A DNA stretch of 64,000 nucleotides from Gemmatimonadaceae bacterium (GTDB lineage Bacteria > Gemmatimonadota > Gemmatimonadetes > Gemmatimonadales > Gemmatimonadaceae), in contig JBHYGA010000001.1 of the NCBI GenBank assembly GCA_051859245.1, positions 992,001 to 1,056,000 of the forward strand. Reading direction: 5' to 3'. Numbering within the stretch: the stretch's first letter is position 1; each line of letters begins with the position of its first letter. The notes under the pieces are model-generated. The model ran no database searches, had not been told where the DNA came from, and was given only the letters and a program-made list of their open reading frames with translations. This document shows, in pieces, positions 27,009 to 37,290 of the stretch. The translations under genes were made by a program, and so were the position numbers.

Positions 27009-27499
27009 GTGCACACGTTCGCGCAGCGACACCAGATGATCTCCAAGGCATTTGCGCGTTGTTAATCAGCGCGCAGTTGCCCACAGCTGGTGTGGCCGAA
27101 CATCTCGAGTCGTTTCTGGTGGCGGAGCAGGGTGATGCGGCGAGTCGCGATGCTGCGAATCACGATGCTGCGAGTGCCGATGCTGCGAGTCGCGATGTCC
27201 TGCTAGCTACGATCGGCATGGAACGCTACGGTGACGCGGCGCTGCTGCGGTCCATGGCGGTGGCGGAATCAGCGCGCGGCAGTGGCCTTGGTACCCAGCT
27301 CGTGCACGCGCTCGAAGCGAAGGCTGTACATCATGACGTGCGAACGCTGGTGTTGCTGACCACCACGGCCGAGCGCTGGTTCGCAGCACTCGGTTACGAG
27401 TACATCACCCGAGAGGATGTGCCGGACGCGTTGTTGGACTCCGCAGAGTTTCGTGGTGCGCGTCCAGCGAGTGCGATCGTGATGAGGAAGCGGATGTAG
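27005..27499 (+). CDS. arsN2: Arsenic-resistance GNAT N-acetyltransferase ArsN2-like
   Basis: ALLRSMAV, RGSGLG, LLTTTAE.WF, SAEF....P.SA..M.K; ATGA overlap with arsM. Confidence 0.85.
   Translation: MSAHVRAATPDDLQGICALLISAQLPTAGVAEHLESFLVAEQGDAASRDAANHDAASADAASRDVLLATIGMERYGDAALLRSMAVAESARGSGLGTQLVHALEAKAVHHDVRTLVLLTTTAERWFAALGYEYITREDVPDALLDSAEFRGARPASAIVMRKRM
27134..27197 (+). repeat. In-frame 15-bp tandem repeat x4 (DAASR/DAANH/DAASA/DAASR)
   Basis: GATGCGGCGAGTCGC GATGCTGCGAATCAC GATGCTGCGAGTGCC GATGCTGCGAGTCGC GATG. Confidence 0.9.
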
Positions 27500-27519
27500 A
27501 AGCGAGTACGGCGTGTTAA

Positions 27520-28326
27520 CTATGCCCAGTGATTCAACGGGCCGTGCCCACTGCCGAGTTTGGGCGCGGTCAGGATTGCGCGGTGCACATAATCGAGTGA
27601 ATTCCGCACCGAGTCGCGCAGCGAATTGCCGCGCGCCAAATGCGCGGCGATCGCGGCGCTCAGCGTGCAGCCCGTGCCGTGCAAGCTGGTGGTCTCAATA
27701 CGCGGATGATGGAAATGCTCGAACGTGCCGTCGGCGTAGAGCACATCCACCATTTCCAGCCCCGGTAAATGTCCACCCTTCACGAGCGCCGCTTTTGCGC
27801 CGTGATCCTCCACCAGCATGCGGGCGGCATGCTCCATCGTTTGCACATCACTCACCGGCTGATCGAGCAGCACTTGTGCTTCGTCGATATTGGGTGTGAC
27901 GAGTGTTGCCAATGGTACGAGTCGTTCGCGAATGCTCGCGACCGTCCCCGCATTCACCAACAAGTCACCAGACGTAGCGACCATGACCGGATCGAGCACG
28001 TACGGTGTGAGTTTGTGCTCGCTCAAAGCCTCCGCTACTGCCCGTACAATCTCACGGTTGGCGAGCATGCCGCTCTTCACCGCATTCGGCCGCAGGTCGG
28101 CGGCCACACATTCAATCTGCTGACGGACCAGTTTCGACGTCACGGCATCCCAGCTGCTCACGCCGAGTGTATTCTGCGCGGTGATCGCGGTGATCACCGA
28201 CGCGCCGTACACCTGGTAACGATGGAACACCTTCAGGTCGGCCTGTATGCCTGCGCCACCACCTGAATCAGACCCTGCAATTGTCAGCGCGATTGGAGTG
28301 CCGTTGGTATTGGCAGGCGCGGTCAC
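27520..28326 (-). CDS. thiD: Hydroxymethylpyrimidine/phosphomethylpyrimidine kinase
   Basis: TIAGSDSGGGAGIQADLK, TAQNT, DPVMVATSG, KGGH, HGTGCTLS. Confidence 0.96.
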   Translation of the reverse strand: MTAPANTNGTPIALTIAGSDSGGGAGIQADLKVFHRYQVYGASVITAITAQNTLGVSSWDAVTSKLVRQQIECVAADLRPNAVKSGMLANREIVRAVAEALSEHKLTPYVLDPVMVATSGDLLVNAGTVASIRERLVPLATLVTPNIDEAQVLLDQPVSDVQTMEHAARMLVEDHGAKAALVKGGHLPGLEMVDVLYADGTFEHFHHPRIETTSLHGTGCTLSAAIAAHLARGNSLRDSVRNSLDYVHRAILTAPKLGSGHGPLNHWA

Positions 28327-29189
28327 GGCTGACGCATCACCGGCGAAGGCGGCATGGACTTGAGTCGTGCCTTGAACGCCTGAAAGGCACGCGTGTCTTT
28401 CGTCAATGACTGCATGATCACCGGATCAATCTGCGAAATCACGTTCTCCGAATCGGCAACGCGATCTTCGGCCAGCGGATGCGAGGAGAAAAATCCGTCC
28501 ACGCCACCCGGCTTGGACTGGCGTTCTGCCAACAGCGTGCGGAACATCGCTGGCACGCCGCGCGGATCGATGCCGGCGCGCACGACGAACTTGATGCCCT
28601 CGCGGTCAGCATCGCGTTCGTCATCGCGGGAGAACTTGGCGAACGCGCCGCCAGCACCAAGCTGGATGGCGGTTGAGCCGAGTCCACTATTGCACACTTG
28701 CGGGGCGAAGATGCACGCCAGGCTCACACCAACGTTCGCCTGTTGCGCCTTGGCCATTTGCTCCATGGAATGCCGCTCCGTGACGTGCCCGATCTCATGG
28801 CCAAGCACGCCCGCCACTTCCGACATCGTTGCCGCGCGCTCGATGAGACCACGGTTGATGTAGATGTACCCGCCCGGTACCGCGAACGCATTCACATCGG
28901 GCTGGTCCACCACATAGAAGTGCCAGTCGAGATTGCGGTTGTCGGCCACGCGCGCGATGGAGTCGCCCAGCACCGTGATGTAGCGCTGAATCTCCGGATC
29001 GGTGATGATCGGCAGCTCCTTGTTGATCTCAGCGGCGTACTGCGCACCCATCTGCACTTCTTCCTGCGTGGACGGCACGCAAGCGGTGCCGACGGCGGCG
29101 ATCAGGCCGAGCGTCATCAGGTGTCGGGCTCGTGGCCTCGACGCGCCGGTCCGAGCCGGGTGAATGTTGGAGTTGTCTTGCGTGCGCAT
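28323..29189 (-). CDS. M48-family zinc metalloprotease lipoprotein (BepA/YfgC-like)
   Basis: NAFAVPGG, HEIGH, FSRDDERDAD, SSHP; lipobox VGTAC. Start may be 29117. Confidence 0.9.
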   Translation of the reverse strand: MRTQDNSNIHPARTGASRPRARHLMTLGLIAAVGTACVPSTQEEVQMGAQYAAEINKELPIITDPEIQRYITVLGDSIARVADNRNLDWHFYVVDQPDVNAFAVPGGYIYINRGLIERAATMSEVAGVLGHEIGHVTERHSMEQMAKAQQANVGVSLACIFAPQVCNSGLGSTAIQLGAGGAFAKFSRDDERDADREGIKFVVRAGIDPRGVPAMFRTLLAERQSKPGGVDGFFSSHPLAEDRVADSENVISQIDPVIMQSLTKDTRAFQAFKARLKSMPPSPVMRQP

Positions 29190-29287
29190 ATCCCTCTACC
29201 TTCGTCGATCGCGACGGAGTGACTGGTGATCCAGATTGGTCGTTGAGTACGGTGTGTACCGCGAAAAACTCTTGTTCCGGAGCCTGC

Positions 29288-30055
29288 GTGAAGCTGTTGT
29301 CTGTTGCTCGTGACCTCAAGCGCCGCAAGGCGCGGGAACGACTTGGCCTGTTTGTGGCCGAAGGCGTACGCACCGTGGAGGCGCTTGTCGCAAGCCCCCT
29401 GCGAGTGCGTGGCACGCTGCACACAAAGGAGGCGACAAACGATCTTCGCACCAACCAGCTGCTAACGCTACTCGCCAGCCGAGACGTGCCCTCGGAAGAA
29501 ATCAGCGAGCAGGATTTTGCGAGTGCTGCCGACACGGAGTCGCCGCAAGGCATTCTCGCACTCGCAGAAATACCCCACAGGCCGCTCCACGGATTCCCGG
29601 CAACGGGAACAGCACTGTTGCTCGACGCGGTGCAGGACCCGGGGAACGTAGGAACCATTGTACGATCTGCGGCCGCACTGGGCGTGTCTGTGACTATTTC
29701 ACTTCCGGGCACGGTTGACGTGTGGAATGCCAAGGTGGTGCGCAGCAGCATGGGCGCCCTGTTCACGCACCACGTCGCTTCTATGGACTGGGCCGAGGCC
29801 GAACAGTGGCTGGCGAGCCACCAGGTTCCGCTGTGGGTGGCCGCCGCCGACGGCGCGGACCTCGCGCGCGTGGCGGTAACGCGTCCCGCTCGTCTTGCAT
29901 TGGTCGTGGCCAACGAAGGCGCCGGCGTTTCCCCGCACGTCGCGACCGCGGCTGCGCAACGCGTAGCCATTCCCATGGCCCACGGGTCTGAATCGCTCAA
30001 TGTGGCGGTGGCAACGGGCATTCTGCTGTACGTGCTTGGCGCCGCGGCTCCCTAA
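29288..30055 (+). CDS. TrmH/SpoU-family RNA 2'-O-methyltransferase
   Basis: FVAEG, QDPGNVGTIVRSA, RSSMGA, NEGAG, IPM....ESLNVAVA. Confidence 0.92.
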   Translation: MKLLSVARDLKRRKARERLGLFVAEGVRTVEALVASPLRVRGTLHTKEATNDLRTNQLLTLLASRDVPSEEISEQDFASAADTESPQGILALAEIPHRPLHGFPATGTALLLDAVQDPGNVGTIVRSAAALGVSVTISLPGTVDVWNAKVVRSSMGALFTHHVASMDWAEAEQWLASHQVPLWVAAADGADLARVAVTRPARLALVVANEGAGVSPHVATAAAQRVAIPMAHGSESLNVAVATGILLYVLGAAAP

Positions 30056-30067
30056 TTTTGGAGTGAG

Positions 30068-30919
30068 ATGCTGTCCTCGTTTCCGTTCGAGATTTTCTGG
30101 CCGTACTATCTCGCCACGTTTATCGTGGGCGCGTGTTTCGGGTCGTTCCTGAATGTGTGTGTGGCGCGCTGGCCCGCCGATCTGAGTGTGATTTCGCCGC
30201 CCTCGCGTTGTCCGAACTGTGAGCGACAGATCAAATGGCATGAGAACGTGCCAATCTTTGGCTGGCTGCGACTCGGTGGGAAATGTGCCGGATGTCACAA
30301 GCGCATCTCGGCGCAGTATCCACTCATCGAACTCTTCGTGGCGCTGTCGTGGGTGGGGATCGCGGTGGCGTTCGGATTCACGTTTGAGGCCATGCGCATT
30401 GCCGTGGTCAGCACCATTCTGCTCGGTATCGCGCTCACGGACGCACAGCACTATCTGATTCCCGATGGCTTCACGATTACGGGGCTCGCCTTCGCGCTGA
30501 TTACCGCCGTGGTGGCGGCTCTGTACATCGAAGGCCCGTCGCATTTTGTGGGACCGTGGGACGCGGTGCTCGGGGCCTGCGTTGGCGCGGGCGCCATTCG
30601 CATTATCGGCTGGCTCGGTGAGGTGGCGCTCAAGAAAGAAGCCATGGGTTTTGGCGACGAAACGCTTATGGCGTTCGTGGGAGCCATGCTTGGCCCGCCG
30701 CGGTCGCTGCTCACCATTGTTGGCGGTGCGGCGCTCGGTGCGTTTTTGTTCATTGGTATTGTGGGTCCGATCGTGTACGTACGAACAAAGCGCACGGGTG
30801 AAGAGTTCGCCTTTCCCGACGTACCGTTCGGTGTATTCCTTGCGCCCGCCGCGCTCCTTGCCTTGCTTTGGGGAGACCCGCTGATCTCGTGGTACCTTGA
30901 GCGCGCACTCGGCTTGTAA
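30068..30919 (+). CDS. pilD: Prepilin peptidase / N-methyltransferase (A24)
   Basis: GSFLNVC, two CxxC, IPD, MGFGD, PFGVFL. Confidence 0.93.
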   Translation: MLSSFPFEIFWPYYLATFIVGACFGSFLNVCVARWPADLSVISPPSRCPNCERQIKWHENVPIFGWLRLGGKCAGCHKRISAQYPLIELFVALSWVGIAVAFGFTFEAMRIAVVSTILLGIALTDAQHYLIPDGFTITGLAFALITAVVAALYIEGPSHFVGPWDAVLGACVGAGAIRIIGWLGEVALKKEAMGFGDETLMAFVGAMLGPPRSLLTIVGGAALGAFLFIGIVGPIVYVRTKRTGEEFAFPDVPFGVFLAPAALLALLWGDPLISWYLERALGL

Positions 30920-30957
30920 GTCGTGGTGCGCGTACCGCTTCCGCTAATACGCGTACT

Positions 30958-32277
30958 GTGCACACACGTTTCCTGAAGTCCACGCACGTTGTTGCCGTTG
31001 GTGCCCTGGTGTTGATCTCCGCCTGCGAGAGTGCACCGTCCGTGGGTGACGGCCCTTACGCCAAAACACTTGGCCGTGCCATTCCAAAGGTGGAAGAAGC
31101 CACGGGTCTCAAGTTCAAGACGGAACCCGTGCTGGAAACGCGCAGCAAGGAACAGGTGCGCGAGTTTCTGCTCAATCAACTCACCAGCGAACGCGCGAAA
31201 ACCCTGCTGGAAGGACAGCAGGGTGTGTACAAGCGGCTGGGGTTGATTCCCGATACGATGGACGTGGGGCTGTTGCTGCGCCGGTTGCTCGAAGAGCAGA
31301 TCGTGGGATACTACGATCCCAAAACCAAGGTGCTCTATGTGGTAGACGGTGGTCGCCCCGAGCTGGTCGAGGTCACTATCACGCACGAACTGGTGCACGC
31401 GCTGCAGGATCAGTATGTGAACATTGATTCCATTCAGAGTGCAACGGCGGATGCAGATCGTCAGGTCACCGCGCAAGCCATTCTGGAGGGCCAGGCCGTG
31501 TACGCGCAGTTGCGCGCATCACTTGGCGAAACGGGGCTGCGACTGGGCGGTTGGGACCGCGCCAAGATGGCCATGCGCGATGGGCAGGAAGGCATGCCCA
31601 TTTTCTCAAGTGCCCCCATGGTGATTCGGGAGTCGCTGCTGTTTCCGTACACCGGCGGTGCGGACTTTGTGTATCGATTCGTGAATCGAAAGCCGAACGG
31701 CAACGTATTGGAAGACATGCCCATTTCCACACGACAGCTGCTCGGCGATGCCGCGTTTTTCGGTACGGGTGATACCGTACTCGAAGCGCCAGCGCGTGAA
31801 CTGCCAACACGTGTCACGCTACCAGCGCCATCACGCGGCACGGTGAAGTTCACCAATGTGTTTGGCGAGTTCGAGACGCGGCTTGTGATGTATCAGTTCG
31901 TGCGCAACGAAACGCAGGCCGCGCGTGCGGCGCAGGGTGTTGATGGAGATCGCTACGCGCTTATTGAGCTCCCGCAGGGTGATGCACTGGTGTGGGCGAG
32001 TGTGTGGGACAACACGGTTGATGTGGCCGAGTTTACTGACGCATTTGGACAGTGGATCAAAAAGCGCTATCCGAACGTGTACACGGCGGACGCAGAAGAC
32101 GCGGTGTTGCGCCGCTGGATCGCGCCCAAGGACGACACCAAGGGAAGCCCGGCACATCGTTCAATCCAGATGCAGGTGCTGCAGCAGGGTGGACGTACGC
32201 TCGTTGTGATCACCGATGCGCCGTTCGGTTTGGCCGAGAATCTGATCGACGTGTCCAAGATTACGCTTGAGCAATAA
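30958..32277 (+). CDS. Putative zinc metallopeptidase lipoprotein (HExxH)
   Basis: Lipobox LISAC; GYYDP, THELVHALQDQ, EGQA, FPY. Confidence 0.7.
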   Translation: MHTRFLKSTHVVAVGALVLISACESAPSVGDGPYAKTLGRAIPKVEEATGLKFKTEPVLETRSKEQVREFLLNQLTSERAKTLLEGQQGVYKRLGLIPDTMDVGLLLRRLLEEQIVGYYDPKTKVLYVVDGGRPELVEVTITHELVHALQDQYVNIDSIQSATADADRQVTAQAILEGQAVYAQLRASLGETGLRLGGWDRAKMAMRDGQEGMPIFSSAPMVIRESLLFPYTGGADFVYRFVNRKPNGNVLEDMPISTRQLLGDAAFFGTGDTVLEAPARELPTRVTLPAPSRGTVKFTNVFGEFETRLVMYQFVRNETQAARAAQGVDGDRYALIELPQGDALVWASVWDNTVDVAEFTDAFGQWIKKRYPNVYTADAEDAVLRRWIAPKDDTKGSPAHRSIQMQVLQQGGRTLVVITDAPFGLAENLIDVSKITLEQ

Positions 32278-32289
32278 CGGGCGCGTGCG

Positions 32290-33618
32290 GTGAGCACTGA
32301 GCCGAGTGTCCCGGAGAAATCGGCGACTGGCGCGACGCCTGCAGTGATCGTGCCGCCTGCGCTGCAGATCACGCCAGACGACGAAATCAAACGTCAGCGT
32401 CTTGCCAGCATGAAGCGTACGGCCACCGGTATGTTGGTGGTGGTCGCGGTGCTCTTTGCCGTGTCCAAGTACTACGAGCCGTTCTACCCCTGGCTCGCCT
32501 GGGTGCGCGCGTTTTCTGAAGCCGCCATGGTGGGCGGCATTGCCGACTGGTTCGCGGTGACTGCGCTGTTCAGGCATCCGCTCGGGATTCCGATTCCGCA
32601 CACGGCGATCGTACCGGCGCGCAAAGACCGCATTGGTACGGCGCTGGGCAACTTTGTGCAACGCAACTTCTTGCAACGGGAAGTCGTCGCGCAAAAAATC
32701 GCGGCGATGAAGCTTGGCGAGCGCGCTGCGCGCTGGCTGGCCGAGCCTGAGAACTCGCGGCGATTGGCGCGACATGTGGCAAGCGGGTTGTCTGGTGCCG
32801 TGAATGTGCTCAAAGATGACGACGTGCAGGCCGTGGCTGACCGAGCGGTTGTCGCACGCTTGCGCACCATGCAGGTCGCCCCGCTCCTCGCGCGAGGCTT
32901 TGAGTTGCTCACGGTTGGCGGCCGTCACCAAGGATTGCTGGATGACGCGCTGCGCCTGGCGGCGCGATTTGTCGCTGACAACGAAGAAGTGATCCGCGAT
33001 CGCATCAAGGCCGAAAGCCCGTGGTGGGTGCCCGGCATGGTGGAGAACAAGCTGCACGATCGCATTGTCACGGGTGTGGAGAACACACTCGCTGCGGTCG
33101 CTGCTGATCCTGACCATCCGCTGCGTGTGCGCTACGACGAATCGGTGCAGCGGTTTGTCGAGTCGCTGCGCTCGTCTCCGGAAGTGATTGCGCGTGCGGA
33201 ACAGCTCAAGCTGGAGTTGCTGGAGCATCCGTCGGTCGCAGACTTTTCGCGTGAAGTGTGGACCGATGTCAAGGGACGCATCACGCGCTACGCGGAGCGG
33301 CTCGCCGAGGAAGAACAGTCAGAGCCCGACGCGATCGAGCGCTGGGTGAGCGGGCTGGGTCGCAGCGTGCTGGCGGACCCCGCGCTCAGCGCCAAGGTGG
33401 ATCTGTGGATCGTGGAGCTGGTGACGTACGCGGTGGAACACGCGCGCGGCGAAGTGGCGCAACTGATCGCCACCACCGTTGCGCAGTGGGACGCCGACGC
33501 AACATCGCGCAAGATCGAACTGCAGATCGGTCGTGATCTGCAGTTCATCCGCATTAACGGAACGGTGGTAGGCGGCCTTGTGGGTCTGCTACTGCACGCG
33601 ATCGCGACGGCGCTCTGA
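32290..33618 (+). CDS. DUF445-family membrane protein
   Basis: EAAMVGGIADWFAVTALFRHP..IPHTAI; IGRDLQFIRINGTVVGG. Confidence 0.9.
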   Translation: MSTEPSVPEKSATGATPAVIVPPALQITPDDEIKRQRLASMKRTATGMLVVVAVLFAVSKYYEPFYPWLAWVRAFSEAAMVGGIADWFAVTALFRHPLGIPIPHTAIVPARKDRIGTALGNFVQRNFLQREVVAQKIAAMKLGERAARWLAEPENSRRLARHVASGLSGAVNVLKDDDVQAVADRAVVARLRTMQVAPLLARGFELLTVGGRHQGLLDDALRLAARFVADNEEVIRDRIKAESPWWVPGMVENKLHDRIVTGVENTLAAVAADPDHPLRVRYDESVQRFVESLRSSPEVIARAEQLKLELLEHPSVADFSREVWTDVKGRITRYAERLAEEEQSEPDAIERWVSGLGRSVLADPALSAKVDLWIVELVTYAVEHARGEVAQLIATTVAQWDADATSRKIELQIGRDLQFIRINGTVVGGLVGLLLHAIATAL

Positions 33619-36105
33619 TCGACGCATTGGCGTCTCAGCAGACGGCGCGTCATCAAGCGGCAGCACGAGGGATTCGTCTACACGATCAGCAGGCGTCACC
33701 GACGGTTTGGCCAAGAGCGCGAGATGCAGCACTTCGTCCATTGTGGCGGCGAAGGTGAACGCCATGCCAGCACGCACCTCCGCCGGCACATCACGCAAAT
33801 CCTTCTCGTTGGCCTTGGGCAGAATCACTTCGCGCAATCCAGCACGATAGGCCGCAAGTACCTTTTCCTTCACGCCACCGATCTCGAGCACTTTGCCGCG
33901 CAGTGTGACTTCGCCGGTGAGCGCGACATCACGTCGCACTGGTCGGCGTGAGAGCGCACTCGCGAGCGCGAGCGTGACCGCAATTCCAGCCGACGGTCCG
34001 TCTTTTGGAATCGCGCCAGCGGGGAAGTGCAAATGCAGATCTGATTCTCGAAAATCTGCGTCGGAGATGTTGAGTGTTGCGGCGCGCGAGCGAACAAACG
34101 AATACGCGGCGTCTACCGATTCACGCATCACACCGCCGAGCTGACCGGTCACGGTGAGTTTGCCCGTGCCCTGCATGCGCAGCGCTTCAATGGTCATGAG
34201 CTCGCCGCCGGTTGCCGTCCACGCAAGACCGGTGACCGCGCCAATCTCCGGTTCTTTCTCGGCCTCTTCCATACTGTAGCGCGGCGCGCCGAGAATATCT
34301 TCGATGCGGGCGTTATCAATGATCCACGTGCTCAGATCGCCGTCAGCCTTGGCGCGCGCGCGTTTGCGCATGACCGATGCGATGCATCGCTCAAACGTGC
34401 GCAGACCTGCTTCCCGTGAATAGCGCGAGGTGATGTGGCCGAGGACCGGTTCAGGAATTGCAAGATCGATGGGGTCGAGCCCGTGATCAGCAAGCAGTCG
34501 CGGCATGATATAGCGCTCGGCGATTTCCACCTTTTCTTCAATCGTGTATCCCGCAATGCGGATCACTTCCATGCGGTCGCGCAGCGCCGGTGGAATGTCG
34601 TACAAATTGTTGGCCGTGCAAATGAACAGCACGCTCGACAGGTCGAACGGAAGGTTCAGATAGTGATCAACGAACGAATCGTTCTGCGCCGGATCGAGCA
34701 CTTCGAGCATGGCAGCGGTGGGATCACCACTCGCGCCGCCGTTCCCCATTTTGTCGATCTCGTCAATCATGATCACGGGATCACGCACCTGCACGCGGCG
34801 CAGCGCTTGCAGCAGCATGCCAGGCATGGCGCCAACGTAGGTGCGGCGATGTCCACGGATTTCCGCTTCGTCGCGCACGCCACCAACAGAGATGCGATAG
34901 AACGCGCGACCGATGCTGTTGGCGATCGCTTCACCGAGTGATGTCTTACCGGTGCCCGGCGGGCCGACAAAACAGAGAATCGGGCCGTTCGGATCGCCGC
35001 CGCGCAGTTTGCGTACGGCCAGGTATTCGGTGATGCGTTCCTTGGCTTCGTCGAGGCCGTAATGACGGTCTTCGAGTGCCTCTTCAACTTTTTCGAGTGC
35101 GATATCCGAGTCGTTCGCGGAGCGCGCGTGCCATGGCAGGGCGAGCAGCGTGTCGAGATACGTGCGCAGCACCTGGTACTCGCTGCTGGCGGGTGAGAGC
35201 TGACGCAGACGTTCCGTTTCGCGTCGGGCTTCCTGGGCCACCTTTTCCGGCAGCTGTGCCTCTTCAATGCGGCGCAGCAGGTCGACGGATTCCTTTTCGT
35301 TCGGGTCCGCTTCGCCGAGTTCTGATTGAATGGCGCGAAGCTGCTGTCGCAGATAAAACTCTCGCTGATGCTGCTCGATCTTGACTTCCGTTTGCTTCTT
35401 CACGTCTTCCATCACGCGGGCGCGGGCGACTTCGCGCTCGAGGCGTGAGAGAATAAATCGAATGCGCTGCCCGATATCGAGGCGCTGCAGCACTTCGTCT
35501 TTGTCGGCAATGCGCAGATTCATGTTGGTGGCCGCGAGGTCGGCAAAGCGACCCGGATCGGACACGTTCATTTTGAGAATCTGCGGTACTTCGGCCGGAA
35601 TGCGTTCGATGAGTTCGGCGAGTGTCTCGGCCGCGGATACCGTGCGAGCCACCAGTTCGTCGAGCTCCACCGGATCGGCGGGCGTCTCGCGGGCGCCTTG
35701 CACCGATGCAATCGCGTACGGCTGGATCTGTTCAATGCGATCGAGGGTGATGCGTCGCAGTCCCTGCAGCGTGATCTGTACCGTGTCGCCTGGCAGGTTG
35801 ATGCGTTCGTGCACGCGCGCGGCCACGGCCACTTTGCCAACGAACACGTTGGGATCGATCGGATCTTCCTGGTCCGTGCCAGCCACGACGAGGGCCACAA
35901 TGAGGCCTGACTCTTCGTGCGCCCGAAGCAGCGCGAGATTTTCCGGGGCGCCCATCTGTACAGCGATGGTGCCGAGCGGAAATACGATCGTGGAGCGCAG
36001 GGCCATGAGCGGCAGCGTGGGCGGCAGCTCGGAGCGGAGGATCTCTTCCTTCTTTTGCCCGCGCGGCATGGGCAAAGAGGGGAATCGCGAAGCAGGTCGG
36101 GACAC
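33589..36105 (-). CDS. lon: ATP-dependent Lon protease
   Basis: LON N domain, [39 protein letters not shown]; 30-nt convergent overlap with the DUF445 gene. Confidence 0.96.
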   Translation of the reverse strand: MSRPASRFPSLPMPRGQKKEEILRSELPPTLPLMALRSTIVFPLGTIAVQMGAPENLALLRAHEESGLIVALVVAGTDQEDPIDPNVFVGKVAVAARVHERINLPGDTVQITLQGLRRITLDRIEQIQPYAIASVQGARETPADPVELDELVARTVSAAETLAELIERIPAEVPQILKMNVSDPGRFADLAATNMNLRIADKDEVLQRLDIGQRIRFILSRLEREVARARVMEDVKKQTEVKIEQHQREFYLRQQLRAIQSELGEADPNEKESVDLLRRIEEAQLPEKVAQEARRETERLRQLSPASSEYQVLRTYLDTLLALPWHARSANDSDIALEKVEEALEDRHYGLDEAKERITEYLAVRKLRGGDPNGPILCFVGPPGTGKTSLGEAIANSIGRAFYRISVGGVRDEAEIRGHRRTYVGAMPGMLLQALRRVQVRDPVIMIDEIDKMGNGGASGDPTAAMLEVLDPAQNDSFVDHYLNLPFDLSSVLFICTANNLYDIPPALRDRMEVIRIAGYTIEEKVEIAERYIMPRLLADHGLDPIDLAIPEPVLGHITSRYSREAGLRTFERCIASVMRKRARAKADGDLSTWIIDNARIEDILGAPRYSMEEAEKEPEIGAVTGLAWTATGGELMTIEALRMQGTGKLTVTGQLGGVMRESVDAAYSFVRSRAATLNISDADFRESDLHLHFPAGAIPKDGPSAGIAVTLALASALSRRPVRRDVALTGEVTLRGKVLEIGGVKEKVLAAYRAGLREVILPKANEKDLRDVPAEVRAGMAFTFAATMDEVLHLALLAKPSVTPADRVDESLVLPLDDAPSAETPMRRSERRRDRVQ

Positions 36106-36307
36106 GGCGGGGCTGTTGCGGGAAGTGACTCAGACTACAAAGAGTGTCGGTCGCAGGTCACATCACTGTAGCAGCGTGGAATGTACGGCTTGTTTGTGTG
36201 GGCGCAAATCGTGTGTGCAAGCCAAGTTAGGTGGCTTTGGGAACGAGGTGTTACATTGCTGGCACGGTCACAAATGTGGTGGGGGAAAACCATGCACCGG
36301 AGCACTC

Positions 36308-37210
36308 ATGCGGCGCCGCGCCTTTATCCAGCAGTCTGCCTTCGCGCTTGGCGCGGTGCCGATGATCCCCGTCTCGAGTCTTCGCGCCGAGCAGGTGCCA
36401 TTGGCAGGCGCCGAGCCATTCCAGATCTCCCTGGCGCAGTGGTCGTTTCACAAAGCGCTCTTCGCGAAACAGATGGACCATCTCGATCTCGCACGCGTAG
36501 CGCGCCGCGACTACGGCATCGAAGCGATTGAGTATGTCAACGTGTTCTTCAAGGACAATGCTACCGACGCCGCGTATCTCGCCGAGATGAACACGCGGGC
36601 GCGAGGTGAGGGTGTGTATCAGCACCTGATCATGGTCGATGGCGAAGGTGCGTTGGGTGATCCGGATAGTGCGAAGCGGACCCTGGCCGTTGACAATCAT
36701 CGCAAGTGGCTCGACGCCGCGAAGACACTGGGGTGCGCGACAATCCGCGTGAACGCGCAGAGTACGGGCACGCCTGAGGAGCAGGAGCGGCTGGCTGCAG
36801 ACGGGCTACGACGTCTCGTTGAGATCGCAGCGCCGTTGAACCTGAACGTGATTGTCGAGAACCATGGCGGCCTTTCCTCGCATGGCGACTGGCTGGTGCG
36901 TGTGATGAAGCGCGTGGATCATCCGCGCTGCGGCACGTTGCCGGACTTTGGTAACTTCTACGATTACGATCGCTACCAGGCCGTCGAAGAAATGATGCCG
37001 TACGCCAAGGCGGTGAGTGCGAAGTCGCACGACTTCGATGCCGCGGGCAACGAGACGAAGACAGACTACAAGCGCATGCTGCAGATCGTGCTGCGTGCGA
37101 AGTTCCAGTCGTGGGTGGGCATTGAGTACGAGGGGGCGACGCTATCTGAGGCGGAGGGCGTGCGCGCGACGCTCAAGCTGCTGCAACGCATGCAGGTGGA
37201 GTTGGCGTGA
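36308..37210 (+). CDS. Tat-exported sugar phosphate isomerase/epimerase (xylose-isomerase-like TIM barrel)
   Basis: MRRRAFI Tat signal; ISLAQWS, ENHGG, LPDFGNF, SAKS, GIEYEG. Confidence 0.85.
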   Translation: MRRRAFIQQSAFALGAVPMIPVSSLRAEQVPLAGAEPFQISLAQWSFHKALFAKQMDHLDLARVARRDYGIEAIEYVNVFFKDNATDAAYLAEMNTRARGEGVYQHLIMVDGEGALGDPDSAKRTLAVDNHRKWLDAAKTLGCATIRVNAQSTGTPEEQERLAADGLRRLVEIAAPLNLNVIVENHGGLSSHGDWLVRVMKRVDHPRCGTLPDFGNFYDYDRYQAVEEMMPYAKAVSAKSHDFDAAGNETKTDYKRMLQIVLRAKFQSWVGIEYEGATLSEAEGVRATLKLLQRMQVELA

Positions 37211-37290
37211 TCACTGCGAAGTCGAAAAGACCCGGCCGCACGCGCCACTCCACCAGATATTGCGAGCCCTGACTGCTGGCGGTCCGTCCG

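Noticed and set aside
33589..33618. Convergent overlap of lon and the DUF445 gene
   Set aside because: Short tail overlap through a non-conserved Lon C-terminus; common in GC-rich genomes
35381..36307. 609-aa ORF apparently extending the TIM-barrel gene upstream
   Set aside because: The extension is the antisense shadow of lon; the Tat signal marks the real start at 36308
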